Source: Patescibacteria group bacterium (GTDB lineage: Bacteria; Patescibacteriota; UBA1384; XYA2-FULL-43-10; 1-14-0-10-43-13). From it: a stretch of DNA of 64,000 bases. The notes beneath the pieces are model-generated. The model saw nothing but the letters and a program-made list of their open reading frames with translations. It had not been told where the DNA came from and ran no database searches. Both the position numbers and the translations under genes were made by a program. Shown here in pieces: positions 19,001-28,688 of the stretch (the stretch's first letter is position 1; the number at the start of each line of letters is the position of its first letter). The stretch is taken from assembly GCA_041666325.1 (NCBI GenBank), contig JBAYHC010000003.1, positions 31,102-95,101 of the forward strand. Reading direction: 5' to 3'.

Positions 19001-19470
19001 CCCTACCAAATTACGAATCGCACGAAAATACGAAAGTACGAATAATCATCTAATATTTAGTACCCGCTTGGATTCAACACCAGAGGAAGTTACATTGATA
19101 AGTATTCCAAGAGAAATATTTGTTGATTTAAGATATGAAAGCAATTGTGCGATATCACGTTTATGAAAATGATTACCAACCTTGAGCTCAAGAGCGATCC
19201 TGTCTTCAACTAGAAAGTCAAGGTAGTACCTGCCGATAACAGTATCTCCAACCATGATTGGCACGTGCAACTGGCACTTAAAGTTAATTTTGTTTTTAGA
19301 AAATACTTCTTCGAGAGCTTTCTGGTACGCCTTTTCTCTCAAACCATATCCCAACACGTTAAAAACCTCGAAGCAACAACCCATGATTCTGTAGCTCTCA
19401 TCTTTGTAAACTATATCCGTCATCGAATTCGTACTTTCGTATTTTCGCTAAATTCGTACTTTCGTCGGGG
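19001..19470. mobile_element. Putative autonomous palindromic element: GxxExxY gene inside ~43-bp inverted arms
   Basis: Left arm ccctaccaaattacgaatcgcacgaaaatacgaaagtacgaat abuts the stop codon; right arm attcgtactttcgtattttcgctaaattcgtactttcgtcggg abuts the start codon. Confidence 0.65.
19046..19423 (-). CDS. GxxExxY protein (PD-(D/E)xK nuclease-like fold)
   Basis: LGYGLREKAYQKAL, YYLDFLVEDRIALELK, QLLSYLK, LGILIN. Confidence 0.92.
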   Translation of the reverse strand: MTDIVYKDESYRIMGCCFEVFNVLGYGLREKAYQKALEEVFSKNKINFKCQLHVPIMVGDTVIGRYYLDFLVEDRIALELKVGNHFHKRDIAQLLSYLKSTNISLGILINVTSSGVESKRVLNIR

Positions 19471-19475
19471 GCAAG

Positions 19476-19781
19476 TCAAAGTCCCGGTATATTGAGATTC
19501 CCTGCGATGTCCTTCATCTTCTCAGCAGCATGAGCTTGCGCCCTAGCAATCGCCTGAGAAACCGTGTTTTTGATGTCTTTCTCGAGCTCGTGTTTGTTCG
19601 ATGGATCAAGCGCCTCGTCGGCAATCTCGATATCGATCATGTGCTGTTCACCATTAAACACTACCGTCACCCACTCATCACTGCTCTTGGCCTCGATCTC
19701 TGTTTCTTTCAGCTCTTTTTGAATTTGCCGAGCTTTCTTCTGAAGATCGTAAAGATCCTTCATTTTGCCAAAATCTACCAT
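19476..19781 (-). CDS. ybaB: YbaB/EbfC family nucleoid-associated protein
   Basis: LQKKARQIQKELKETEIEA...VTVVFNGEQ...NLNIPGL. Confidence 0.9.
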   Translation of the reverse strand: MVDFGKMKDLYDLQKKARQIQKELKETEIEAKSSDEWVTVVFNGEQHMIDIEIADEALDPSNKHELEKDIKNTVSQAIARAQAHAAEKMKDIAGNLNIPGL

Positions 19782-19794
19782 AAATCTCCTAACC

Positions 19795-19897
19795 CCCTAC
19801 TAAATTACGAATTAATCGAAACTACGAAATTACAAACATATTCTTCATTTAATATTCGTAATTTTGTATTTTCGCTAGATTTGTACTTTTGTAGGGG
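19795..19897. mobile_element. Empty copy of GxxExxY-type palindrome
   Basis: cctactaaattacgaattaatcgaaactacgaaattacaaa [loop] attcgtaattttgtattttcgctagatttgtacttttgtagg. Confidence 0.7.
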
Positions 19898-20578
19898 CTA
19901 CACTGGTTTGATCATCCTGCTAAGCGCAAACACAAACACACTCAATATTAAGCTCAAAACAAGCAAAACGTCAACAGTGGACACAACTACAATCAATTTA
20001 TCCGGGATGAACACAGCAAGATCCGGTCTAAAATCAGTGTACCTGAATAACGCGAAAACGGCTGCAGCGGATAAAACAAAAGTTCCCGCAACGTTTTTTA
20101 GATCTTGAAGGCTAGGATTCATCGTTACGGCCACAGAGAGAGCGGCATACATCAACAACCAATCCAAGCGGCTCGAGAAGCTGACTCCCTGCAGTAGGCT
20201 AAGCGCGATCTCTCGAATTGATGGGTATGAAAAAGTAACACCGGTCAGGTTCACGCTACTGACGCCGACATTTGTTGAGATAAGGTAAATCGCAACAACG
20301 CCGCCAACCAAAGGTGCCAAAGAAATGACTACCTGACCAATCAGCGGCAAAAATGGCCGTTGATGCTCTACACTGCCTCCGGTTTTATCGAAAAAGGATA
20401 TGTGTGTAATCTTGGCGCCTGTCGCCACGCACCCGATAGCATGAGACAATTCATGCAAGATTACGCCGGGAGCAACAAAAAACCTGTATCTCTTGCCCAA
20501 GAGTGAGTGAGAGAGGAAAAAATCTATCAGTACTGCCAAAACCGGAATAGCAGCAACAAGTATCAATATTTCGCGCAT
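19898..20578 (-). CDS. Membrane zinc metalloprotease (M50-like, HExxH)
   Basis: PGVILHELSHAIGC, ISLAPL, MNPSLQDL; several TM segments; start MREILILV after GGAGGAGG. Confidence 0.8.
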   Translation of the reverse strand: MREILILVAAIPVLAVLIDFFLSHSLLGKRYRFFVAPGVILHELSHAIGCVATGAKITHISFFDKTGGSVEHQRPFLPLIGQVVISLAPLVGGVVAIYLISTNVGVSSVNLTGVTFSYPSIREIALSLLQGVSFSSRLDWLLMYAALSVAVTMNPSLQDLKNVAGTFVLSAAAVFALFRYTDFRPDLAVFIPDKLIVVVSTVDVLLVLSLILSVFVFALSRMIKPV

Positions 20579-20595
20579 ACACCTCCTCCAAGGGC

Positions 20596-20712
20596 AATAA
20601 GGCCGTAGGGCCGTAGGGCCGTAGGGCCGTAGGGCCATAATGCGATAATGCTGTAAGACTGTAGTGCCAATAGCTTTGCTGCTTTGCCAGCCCTACTGTT
20701 CTGTTGCCTTAC
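20596..20712. repeat. Tandem 8-mer (GTAGGGCC x4) with degenerate inverted arm
   Basis: gtagggcc repeated perfectly at 20605-20636; gccctact and gccttact downstream. Confidence 0.7.
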
Positions 20713-21740
20713 TTGCCAGGTTTATTTATTGCCAACCACTTAATATCGGCCTCGATAAAATCGTTGATATTGCCTGAGAGAACCTCGTCAGGATTACTTG
20801 ATTCATGGCCAGTTCGATGGTCCTTGACTAGTTTGTATGGATGCAGGACATACGACCTGATCTGATTTCCCCACTCCGGCGAAGATGACTCCCCCTTAAG
20901 TTCCTCGACTCTCTCTTTGTGCTGATCAAGCATCAATTTAGCAATACGGGAACGGACAATCTTCAGCGCAGTCTCCTTGTTCTGAAGCTGGCTTCTCTCG
21001 TTCTGGCAAGTTGCGACAATACCAGTCGGCAGGTGTGTAATGCGAACAGCGGAATCTGTGGTGTTGACTGATTGTCCACCGTGACCACTCGCGCGGTAAG
21101 TGTCAACTTTAAGATCTTTGGGATCAATTTCGATTTCGGCACTCGCCTCGATCTCCGGCATTACCTCTACTAGAGCGAATGAGGTTTGGCGCAAGGACTT
21201 GGCGTTGAATGGAGATTGCCGGACCAGACGATGAACACCGGACTCTCCCTTGAGTTTGCCGTAAACATGGGCGCCTCTAATCTCAATGGTAGCATTCTTC
21301 ACACCTGCTTCTGCTCCCTTGGTCTCGGACAAGATAACGGCACCGTCCGAATTATTCTCAGCCCAACGCAAATACATTGCAAGCAACATCCCTGTCCAAT
21401 CCTGAGCATCGTCACCACCAGCGCCTGCATAAAAGTTAATAATCGCATCCTTGCCATCATGCGGTTCGTCAAAATAAGCGAGAAGTTCTAGCTCGGCTAT
21501 CTGATCACTCAGGACTTCAATTTCGTCATCAGAAGCAATCCCAGCAATATCATTGAGATCATCAAACTTTTTGATCTCGTCATTGAGATTCTTCAGCTCT
21601 CGAGATCTTGCCTGAGCCAAACTCTCATTTGACCAAAAAGATGGCGTTGCCATCTCCCCCTCCACCTCGGCAGCCCGTTGTCGCTTTTCTTCAATTTTCA
21701 GAATTGATCTGAGTTCCTCAATCCTCTGTTTTGCATCCAT
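20709..21740 (-). CDS. prfB: Peptide chain release factor 2 (no programmed frameshift)
   Basis: GVHRLVRQSPF (SPF), GHGGQSVNTTDSAVR, WGNQIRSYVLHPY; single continuous frame. Confidence 0.95.
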   Translation of the reverse strand: MDAKQRIEELRSILKIEEKRQRAAEVEGEMATPSFWSNESLAQARSRELKNLNDEIKKFDDLNDIAGIASDDEIEVLSDQIAELELLAYFDEPHDGKDAIINFYAGAGGDDAQDWTGMLLAMYLRWAENNSDGAVILSETKGAEAGVKNATIEIRGAHVYGKLKGESGVHRLVRQSPFNAKSLRQTSFALVEVMPEIEASAEIEIDPKDLKVDTYRASGHGGQSVNTTDSAVRITHLPTGIVATCQNERSQLQNKETALKIVRSRIAKLMLDQHKERVEELKGESSSPEWGNQIRSYVLHPYKLVKDHRTGHESSNPDEVLSGNINDFIEADIKWLAINKPGK

Positions 21741-21795
21741 AACAACCACCAAAATTACTCTTTAATTCTAGCAAGAATTGTACTCGATTAACAGT

Positions 21796-21834
21796 AAAAG
21801 CCGCCCCTGTGAATGGGACGGCTTTTACTTTTTT
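21796..21834. terminator. Bidirectional-type terminator
   Basis: AAAAGCCG-CCC...GGGACGGCTTTTACTTTTT. Confidence 0.6.
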
Positions 21835-21842
21835 GAAATTGA

Positions 21843-23999
21843 CTAGACTCGGAAGATGTCGCTCGCAATCTCAGCAACTTCTAACTGATCGAGAATAACT
21901 TTTCTATATCGCACATATGTTATTGCAACTCCTGCAACAAGTGTGAGCATGAAGCTCGCAGATGCGGCAGCACCACTCTTTGGTAAGTTTGGAATGATCG
22001 GCGTCTCTGTTTCCGTGACCGTTGTCGTGACACTCGATGCTGTGACAATGGTCGTTTTAATCTTTGTCTTGGCAGTATCGGTCAAGATGGTATCGTCGTC
22101 TTTAAGTGATGCAGTATTGGTTAGAGTCTCTCCGGCAGCAATATTCCCAGACAAAACAACTCTAATCTTAATATAGCCGCTATCCCCTGGCGCAATGGTA
22201 TCAAGAACAATACCGGTGTTAATCAAGCCCTCAGGCAATGTTTTTTCCATACTACCGTTGAGTGATATGATCGTGGTGCCAGGAACATACTGGGTATTGG
22301 CTGGCAGGGTATCAAGGAAGCGTACCACATCTGCTGGCGCATTGCCCTTGTTAGAAAACTCAATCTTGTATTCTAGGGTATCGGTTGAAAAAGCTTCATT
22401 ATTATCAACAAAGTTTGACTCGTTGGCAGTGAAGTTTCTAACTAATTTTTCAATCTTAAGATCGGCTTTCTTCACCTCAACTGCCGGCCTTGGCAAGCGG
22501 ACCATAACTTCGTCTCCGTATTTGTTATACATAACGAAGTCAAAGCTGGTGCCGTTCTGAGGCTGATTTGGAATTGGGTTTTTGACCCGAACCGTAAAGG
22601 TAAAATTGAGCGGCTGGTTTTCTGTCAAATCTACTGCCGGCCAACGGATCAATTTGGCATCATTGCCTGTTGTTCCATCAGTGATCACACCGCTGTCTGA
22701 AATATTAGTCACTTCGGCATACTCAAGTATGTCTGCAATACCGTCCTCGACTACGAAGCCTGGCTTTCGTCCGCCCTCGCTCGTAGCAGTAAGACTGTAA
22801 ACAATTATGTCTCCTGGATTAGCGTCTAACTCCAGAGCACTACCGCTGCGTTTCGCTGCCTGTTTGCCGGAAGTCGTATTGGTAGCACCTTTGCGCTTCA
22901 CAACGTTGCCTTCATCTGGTCTGAGAGTAATCGAAACCTCATCTTCTTTTGAGATGCTCCCGGCAGTGGCGATAGCTTTATTCTTAACAATGGATTGTGC
23001 TGTAATTACGCTTGGAGATTTGACCTTAAACCTGAAGGCGTGTGTCTCGTCTTGTCCGACTGGATGAGACATAGGCAGTCCATCTCCTACCAACTTATCA
23101 AAGTCAGAGTCAGGCAAAGACATAGACGCTCCGCTCACGACATGCTCAAGCGTGCCGGGAACAAATGTAAGCTCAGATGGCTTAATATCTTTGACTATCA
23201 GATTATCAATGCTAGCTGTGCCAGTATTGGTTACATCAATGTTAAAGGCAAGCTCCTGGTTTGATGTAGCGCTTGTTTGATCAAGAAAATCATTCTCGCC
23301 ACGGCTAATGTTTCTTACTTTTTTATCAACGCTGAAATTAACAGCATTGGTTATTGCAGTTGTTCTAACCCTGAAGGTGATAAATCCAGCAAAAGGCCAA
23401 CATGCATTCACGGTCCCAATGTTTGCACCATTGGCCGAAAAAAGATCGTCATTGAGCGTTACTGGAACCAAACCGCTTCCAGGCAAGATGTCGTCACGCC
23501 TCTGCACCTCTTTGTACCACTTAACAGAGCCTGCAACAGGCTCGACTTGAGCATTCTTGTCTAGCTGTATTGTAAGACCAGGGGTACCGATAACTCTTCC
23601 GTCGACACTTGTTTCAGTGGCCACTGTCGAGGCATTGCTCGCCGCAATACTTGCCGTGAGATTGGCGACAAGATTATCGGTTCTATCAGGAATATTTAGT
23701 TTAATTACAACATTCTCAGCGGGAGCACTAGCATCCTCAGTTGCAGAACCGTTGTGATAGTAAATCACTCCCTCAAATTCGTCTCCTGCGCTTCCAGATA
23801 TAGGATCATCCCACGTCCTCTGGTTTTGCGTTGCGTTTCGTCCAAATAGCAACTCATAGTCGCCATCAAGAAAATTAAATCTTGGCTCGAGCGCTTGAGC
23901 AGAAACTGCAGGGAAAACGATAAAAGAGAGCAAAGAAACGAGCAATGAAAGCCCGGTGATGGACTTGATCTTTGTTTTCAAGTATTCATTAAATCTCAT
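21843..23999 (-). CDS. Secreted DUF11/conserved-repeat-domain surface protein with LPxTG-like anchor
   Basis: Signal peptide; repeated K-x-V...Y-x-I...N-x-G...D-x-LP...G modules; C-terminal LPKSG + hydrophobic helix + RYRK. Confidence 0.85.
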   Translation of the reverse strand: MRFNEYLKTKIKSITGLSLLVSLLSFIVFPAVSAQALEPRFNFLDGDYELLFGRNATQNQRTWDDPISGSAGDEFEGVIYYHNGSATEDASAPAENVVIKLNIPDRTDNLVANLTASIAASNASTVATETSVDGRVIGTPGLTIQLDKNAQVEPVAGSVKWYKEVQRRDDILPGSGLVPVTLNDDLFSANGANIGTVNACWPFAGFITFRVRTTAITNAVNFSVDKKVRNISRGENDFLDQTSATSNQELAFNIDVTNTGTASIDNLIVKDIKPSELTFVPGTLEHVVSGASMSLPDSDFDKLVGDGLPMSHPVGQDETHAFRFKVKSPSVITAQSIVKNKAIATAGSISKEDEVSITLRPDEGNVVKRKGATNTTSGKQAAKRSGSALELDANPGDIIVYSLTATSEGGRKPGFVVEDGIADILEYAEVTNISDSGVITDGTTGNDAKLIRWPAVDLTENQPLNFTFTVRVKNPIPNQPQNGTSFDFVMYNKYGDEVMVRLPRPAVEVKKADLKIEKLVRNFTANESNFVDNNEAFSTDTLEYKIEFSNKGNAPADVVRFLDTLPANTQYVPGTTIISLNGSMEKTLPEGLINTGIVLDTIAPGDSGYIKIRVVLSGNIAAGETLTNTASLKDDDTILTDTAKTKIKTTIVTASSVTTTVTETETPIIPNLPKSGAAASASFMLTLVAGVAITYVRYRKVILDQLEVAEIASDIFRV

Positions 24000-24059
24000 T
24001 TTCCTTCTCCGTGAAACACACAGGGAGCACTTTGACGTGCTCCCGCATGCTATTAATTA

Positions 24060-25607
24060 CTAATTCGTTGGTGGAAGATTTGGAGCGGCAGCAACTACTA
24101 CTGCGTTTGCCGTTGCAGTCTTCTCGGCAATACCGTCAGCCTTGGCGTAAGCGGTGTTCACCAATGGGTACGTACCCGCTGGCGGACAACCATAAACGTT
24201 ACCTTTGAGAATAATCGTTTTGGTTGCACCTGGTGCAATTGTGCCGATGTTTATGCCACCAGTTGTAATAATCTGATCGTTGACAGTGTTCCCGTCAACC
24301 CTGGTTGATCCGGAAACATAGTTAACAAACTGAGGCAGAGCGTCACGAACAATGACGTTGGTCATGTTCACGCCACCGCTGTTTGTGACCTTGATACGAT
24401 ATGTAATATCCTCAAGAAACTTAACGGTTGGGTTCACGACTGGATTACCATTGACGAGAACTTCTTTGGTAAGAGTCAACCCTGCCGGTGCGAGAGAGAC
24501 AACAAAGACAGTTGCCTGATCCCGGTCCTGCTCAACATTGTTCATGAAGACCTTGGCCAGGTTGTTGAGTGTCCACTCTCCGACCGGCAAGTTGCCGATC
24601 CTGGTTCGGTAAGTTATATATCTTATTCCCCCAGTGCCAGGAGCAATGTCAGGCATCGATATGCCGGTAGTGGCGATAGTATCAGGAAGTGTCGTAAATG
24701 CAGTCGGACTTGTCCATAATCTGGTCGAGCCGGCAACCAGCGACAATGCTGGTGGAAGAGTGTCCTTGATTGTAACTTGAGTAGCTGCAGCGGTGCCCAG
24801 ATTGTTTACTGTCAGGCGGAACGCAACTTCATCGCCAGGATGCACATTACCGGTTGCACCAACTGACTTCTGCCAATCATCGCTACCGGCCAGCGAAACA
24901 TGTTTGTCAATACCGATATTTGGTCTGCCCTTAATGTCAGCCAAGAAGGTAACATAGCCCGAATATGGCCAGCACCCCTGAATATCACCGATATTTACGC
25001 CAGTGTTGGCGATACCATCAGGCAGATTGGCAATCACTGGAGCTGTGTCAGGCCCATTTGGAAACGTAAATTTCTTAGTTGAACCGTTAACGTATTCGAT
25101 ACGACCAGCTACCGGCAGATTGAGGGTAACACCACTATTGCCTTTGACTTGTCCATTGATGACTGTGTCTCTAATTGGATCTGTCTCGTCGGACCAGAGC
25201 CAACTTGTACCAACCAGCTGCGTGTGTTCGCCGGCCGGGAAATCAACACGGATGGTTGTTCGATGTGCAACTGTATCGGGTACACCATTATGGAAATAAA
25301 CCATGAAGGCAATCCGATCTCCGATATTAACATTGTTGAGCGGATCACTCCACGTGTTAGAGGTCGTCTTACCCGCCATGAACATCTCAATATCACCCTC
25401 ATTTGAACCATCTTCTGCCGGGCCCAAGAAGTTGAAGCGCGGCGTTCTGGCTTGCTGCGCCTCTGCATTCTTTACATCAGTACCAGGCAGTGCGACAGCC
25501 GACACGATTGATGCCAAAGCCACGACTCCGATCAAGAGTTTTTTTGTTTTTGTCCAGAAACCCCCCTTTGAGCTTGAGGTAACATTCTGAATGCTCTTCA
25601 TGGGCAT
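24060..25607 (-). CDS. Secreted DUF11/conserved-repeat-domain protein, paralog of the neighbouring gene
   Basis: Signal peptide; PRFNFL...W-x-DP...Y-x-HNG...CWP(Y/F)xG N-domain shared with 21843-23999; DUF11-type modules. Confidence 0.85.
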   Translation of the reverse strand: MPMKSIQNVTSSSKGGFWTKTKKLLIGVVALASIVSAVALPGTDVKNAEAQQARTPRFNFLGPAEDGSNEGDIEMFMAGKTTSNTWSDPLNNVNIGDRIAFMVYFHNGVPDTVAHRTTIRVDFPAGEHTQLVGTSWLWSDETDPIRDTVINGQVKGNSGVTLNLPVAGRIEYVNGSTKKFTFPNGPDTAPVIANLPDGIANTGVNIGDIQGCWPYSGYVTFLADIKGRPNIGIDKHVSLAGSDDWQKSVGATGNVHPGDEVAFRLTVNNLGTAAATQVTIKDTLPPALSLVAGSTRLWTSPTAFTTLPDTIATTGISMPDIAPGTGGIRYITYRTRIGNLPVGEWTLNNLAKVFMNNVEQDRDQATVFVVSLAPAGLTLTKEVLVNGNPVVNPTVKFLEDITYRIKVTNSGGVNMTNVIVRDALPQFVNYVSGSTRVDGNTVNDQIITTGGINIGTIAPGATKTIILKGNVYGCPPAGTYPLVNTAYAKADGIAEKTATANAVVVAAAPNLPPTN

Positions 25608-25895
25608 CCTTTCTTTCTATTTCTTAACTTTAATTTAATTAGTCTTATTCTATCTTTTCGTCTATCAACAAGCGCTTAAACATAACACGGCCAATACCTG
25701 TTGTCAATAGGCCACATCTCATCCGTGCGTTTCATAATATTTATGATGTCTAGAAAACAATTTTTCCCACCACTGCTTGTCGCTACTTCAAAGCAACAAT
25801 CGTTCTTCTGATGGTTGCTTTGGGTAACGGGCGACTCAAAGAGTCGCCCTGGGATCGGATGGGGACGCTTCTCCTGGAGAATTGTCCCCGGTTTG

Positions 25896-26846
25896 TCAGA
25901 ATGCCGCTCCAGGCGGAGGCGTTGTCGGCGCCCCGGGCTGGTTGGCGTAGTCGTTGTTGGTCCACGACGTCGGTGGCAGAGGGGGTGGGCCTGAGCCACC
26001 GCCTGACCCCGGCAGACCGCCCGCGCCACCCGGCAGGGTGGGCGTGCCGCCCTGGCCCCCGTTGTCGTGGGGGGTGGTGACGAGCGGATCGTTGGGCGGG
26101 GGCGGCGGGTTGCCGTTGCCCGGTCCATTGCCAGGCTTGCCGCCCTGGCCGGGCTGACCACCCGGCGGGTTGATGATGTTCGTGTTGGTATTGCTATTGT
26201 TAACACGAATATTGTTCTGCTGCCTGGGGGTATAGCCCAGGCTACTGGAATGCCCCCAGCGCTCGGTGCGCGGAGCGCGCGCCGACCGGTACGACATCCC
26301 AAGGTCGACTTCGCCTCGGAAACGCCGCACGATCTTCGTGCGCCTCACGATCGGAGCCGGCGAAGCCGGGACCTCCGGGAGATCGACGTGCACCTGCGTC
26401 GCAGGTGCCTCGATCTCGACCTCAGTCTCAAACCTCTGGTCCCTGGGGGCGGGCGGGGGCGGGCAGACGTGCTTGGAAACAGACCAGCAGGCCGTGGAGA
26501 TGTTGCCGCAGCCTGCCTTCGAGATCGAATCCTTGTTCAGCGCCACGAAGACACGGGCGTTGAACTGGGTTCCCACCTGCCGGCCGTAGAAAACGCTACC
26601 TTCCGGCCAGCGAATGCGCCGCTGAACCCAGCCGCTCTTACGGTGCAGCGTGGTCGTGCCCCATACCGCGTACGGAGCGACGCCGACGACCTCGCCGGGC
26701 TGCATCTGCAGCACCTGGGCCCGGTCGGGGTTGGGATTCTGGAGCAGGTAGGAGACCTCGACGGTCTCCGTCGCCTGAGTTGCCGAAAGCGGAGCTGCCG
26801 CTGCGAAGGCCGCCAGGAGGACGACCAGCCACATGCGTATCCTCAT
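25896..26846 (-). CDS. GC-rich secreted orphan with Pro/Gly-rich tail
   Basis: Signal peptide MRIRMWLVVLLAAFAAAAPLSA; GGAGGAGG RBS; AGCGN motif; low-complexity C-terminus. Confidence 0.75.
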   Translation of the reverse strand: MRIRMWLVVLLAAFAAAAPLSATQATETVEVSYLLQNPNPDRAQVLQMQPGEVVGVAPYAVWGTTTLHRKSGWVQRRIRWPEGSVFYGRQVGTQFNARVFVALNKDSISKAGCGNISTACWSVSKHVCPPPPAPRDQRFETEVEIEAPATQVHVDLPEVPASPAPIVRRTKIVRRFRGEVDLGMSYRSARAPRTERWGHSSSLGYTPRQQNNIRVNNSNTNTNIINPPGGQPGQGGKPGNGPGNGNPPPPPNDPLVTTPHDNGGQGGTPTLPGGAGGLPGSGGGSGPPPLPPTSWTNNDYANQPGAPTTPPPGAAF

Positions 26847-27914
26847 CTACTTGCCCTCCTCCAAGGTCATGCGGTACTTCGCGTCGCCGCTGACCTTGAT
26901 GGTCGTCTTGTACAAGGTGCGGGTCTGCCGAGCAAACATTCGCACCACCACCACCGTTCCGGGCGGTGCCTTCACAACCAAAGGCTTGCCATCCGTCTGA
27001 GCCTTTTCGTGCCCGTCCGGCATAGCATATCGCTTGTAGACCTCCTTCCCGTCCGCTTCGACAACGGCGTCATACGGACCGCCGCCATAGCCGCGAGGCG
27101 GGAAGACCTTGATGGTCACCCGGCTTTCGCCGGAGTTAGTCTGCGAGGCGGCGTCTTGGATACGCTTGACGGCCTCATCGGTCGTCTGCCGCACATCATG
27201 ACGCCACTTCTCCAGCTCGGGGGTGTTCTCGACAGTCCCATTGCTGGTGCCCTCGTCGACTACCTCCTCGCTATCCTCGCCAGCGGCCGCGTCTGGGTTG
27301 GTCGGCATGCCACCGAAGTGATAGCCAGCCATCCAGCCCGCCAGCTGGTCGCCGGTGCAGTTCCCGCCCGGTCCCTCGACCAGGAAGTATTGCACGAAGT
27401 TGTTGTGCTTGGTCTTGCCGCGGAGCGAGAGAACGGGAATCCAGAGCGCGTAGTAACGGCTCAGCTTCCCGCCATCCAGCTCGACGATGGGATACATCGC
27501 ATGCGACCCCAAGCGCTGACCTGACGTGCTGACGAAGTCGACGAACCCCTCGCCCGGAGTCAAGGCTACCGGTGTTAGTCCCTTGATGATCCCGCTGGCC
27601 TCCTTGGAGGATGCTATCGGGATCGGGGACCACCTGATGCTCTTGATCTCCCCGCGCGAGGTTGAGATGTCCAGTCGCCGTCGGAGCGACGTGCCTCTGA
27701 CTGCCGTCAGGGCCTTGTCGGAGCGATCCGACCAGGTCCAGAACGGGTCACCCGAGGTAGCGCCCGACGCATAGTGATCGACGGCCACCGAGACGGTGAC
27801 CTCGGCCTTCTCGTACTGATTGTTGAGGCCGATGAGCCAACCGTCCGCCGCATTCGCGTTGCCAGTGATCACAGCAGACAGCAGGATCACCAGCAGCCAT
27901 GCTGCTTTTTGCAT
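26847..27914 (-). CDS. GC-rich secreted orphan
   Basis: Start MQKAAWLLVILLSAVITGNANA after GGGGAGGG; abuts the next gene. Confidence 0.75.
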   Translation of the reverse strand: MQKAAWLLVILLSAVITGNANAADGWLIGLNNQYEKAEVTVSVAVDHYASGATSGDPFWTWSDRSDKALTAVRGTSLRRRLDISTSRGEIKSIRWSPIPIASSKEASGIIKGLTPVALTPGEGFVDFVSTSGQRLGSHAMYPIVELDGGKLSRYYALWIPVLSLRGKTKHNNFVQYFLVEGPGGNCTGDQLAGWMAGYHFGGMPTNPDAAAGEDSEEVVDEGTSNGTVENTPELEKWRHDVRQTTDEAVKRIQDAASQTNSGESRVTIKVFPPRGYGGGPYDAVVEADGKEVYKRYAMPDGHEKAQTDGKPLVVKAPPGTVVVVRMFARQTRTLYKTTIKVSGDAKYRMTLEEGK

Positions 27915-28079
27915 CTTCCCTCCCCTTTCTGCGTGATCACCTGCTGTGCAGGCGGTGATCGTCTGTGTGTGTACTATCTTCCTGGCAGCCTGCCCTGCCA
28001 GAAGATCATTCGGACTTAGCCTTCGCTTAGTCCGAGACATATGAAATGATTAATTAATTATTCACGCTAGCTCTCGCTC

Positions 28080-28154
28080 GTCATCCTGAGAGAATCGAAA
28101 GATCTCTTCGTATGCCGCGGGATTCTTCCCCCAACATGTCGGGATCAGAATGAC
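28080..28154. repeat. REP-like palindrome (GTCATCCTGA...TCAGAATGAC)
   Basis: Terminal inverted repeats; same family as 36950-37085. Confidence 0.7.
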
Positions 28155-28325
28155 AACTGGAAGCGTATCGCAATCATTTTCACTTCGTCTCAAACTAATT
28201 CCCTCTCTATAAACAAAATTGGGCACAAACTACTGTAGCCCAATACTATTATTGAATTCTCTGCCCCTCGTCAATACCTCGATGGTCAATGTTATCACCG
28301 CTTTCTTGGGCATAAGTCCTCAATC

Positions 28326-28413
28326 CCCTGCTAAATTACAAAGAAAACGAATTACCAAAACACGAATCTCAATTTATTTGTACTTTCGTGCGGTTATTCG
28401 TAATTTCGTAGGA
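28326..28413. mobile_element. Degenerate empty copy of GxxExxY-type palindrome
   Basis: aaattacaaagaaaacgaattaccaaaacacgaat ... atttgtactttcgtgcggttattcgtaatttcgtagg. Confidence 0.6.
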
Positions 28414-28424
28414 GTTTGGTTATT

Positions 28425-28566
28425 TCCTTCAATCAAGCCAGGAGAGCGGCGAGAAACGATAGCAGCCGGCAAGGCCAAGTCCACTATTTTTTTGGGACTT
28501 GTGAATGCCAACCAGCCTTAAGACCTACCGTCCTAATTTCCCACTATCCCAGCCAGGTTGAAGAAA
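28425..28566 (-). ncRNA. Candidate rod-like structured RNA
   Basis: Nested stems CTTCAA/TTGAAG, GGCTGGGA/TCCTGGCT, GGACGGTAG/CTATCGTTT, GGCTGGT/GCCGGCT, CAAGTCC/GGACTTG, with G-U pairs on the minus strand. Confidence 0.45.
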
Positions 28567-28634
28567 GTAACATTTTTTAGCTCTATGACACTGATATTTC
28601 TTCCCCCTCTGCTTCGAATTACTCAACGGAAGGA

Positions 28635-28663
28635 ATGTTATCACTTTTAGAGATATTTGTCAA
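28635..28663 (-). promoter_or_regulatory. Sigma70-type promoter
   Basis: TTGACA-17 nt-TAACAT with extended -10 TG. Confidence 0.6.
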
Positions 28664-28688
28664 TAGTTAGACACAAAAGTGGTGGACA

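Noticed and set aside
21690-21740. prfB programmed +1 frameshift
   Set aside because: No CTT-TGA site; the ORF is continuous, which is common in many lineages
26067-27524. 485-aa plus-strand ORF
   Set aside because: Shadow ORF across two GC-rich minus-strand genes that have good RBSs and signal peptides
28436-28475. SRP RNA (CAGG...AGCAGCC on plus strand)
   Set aside because: No GNRA-capped domain IV helix with correct spacing; G-U pattern favours the minus strand
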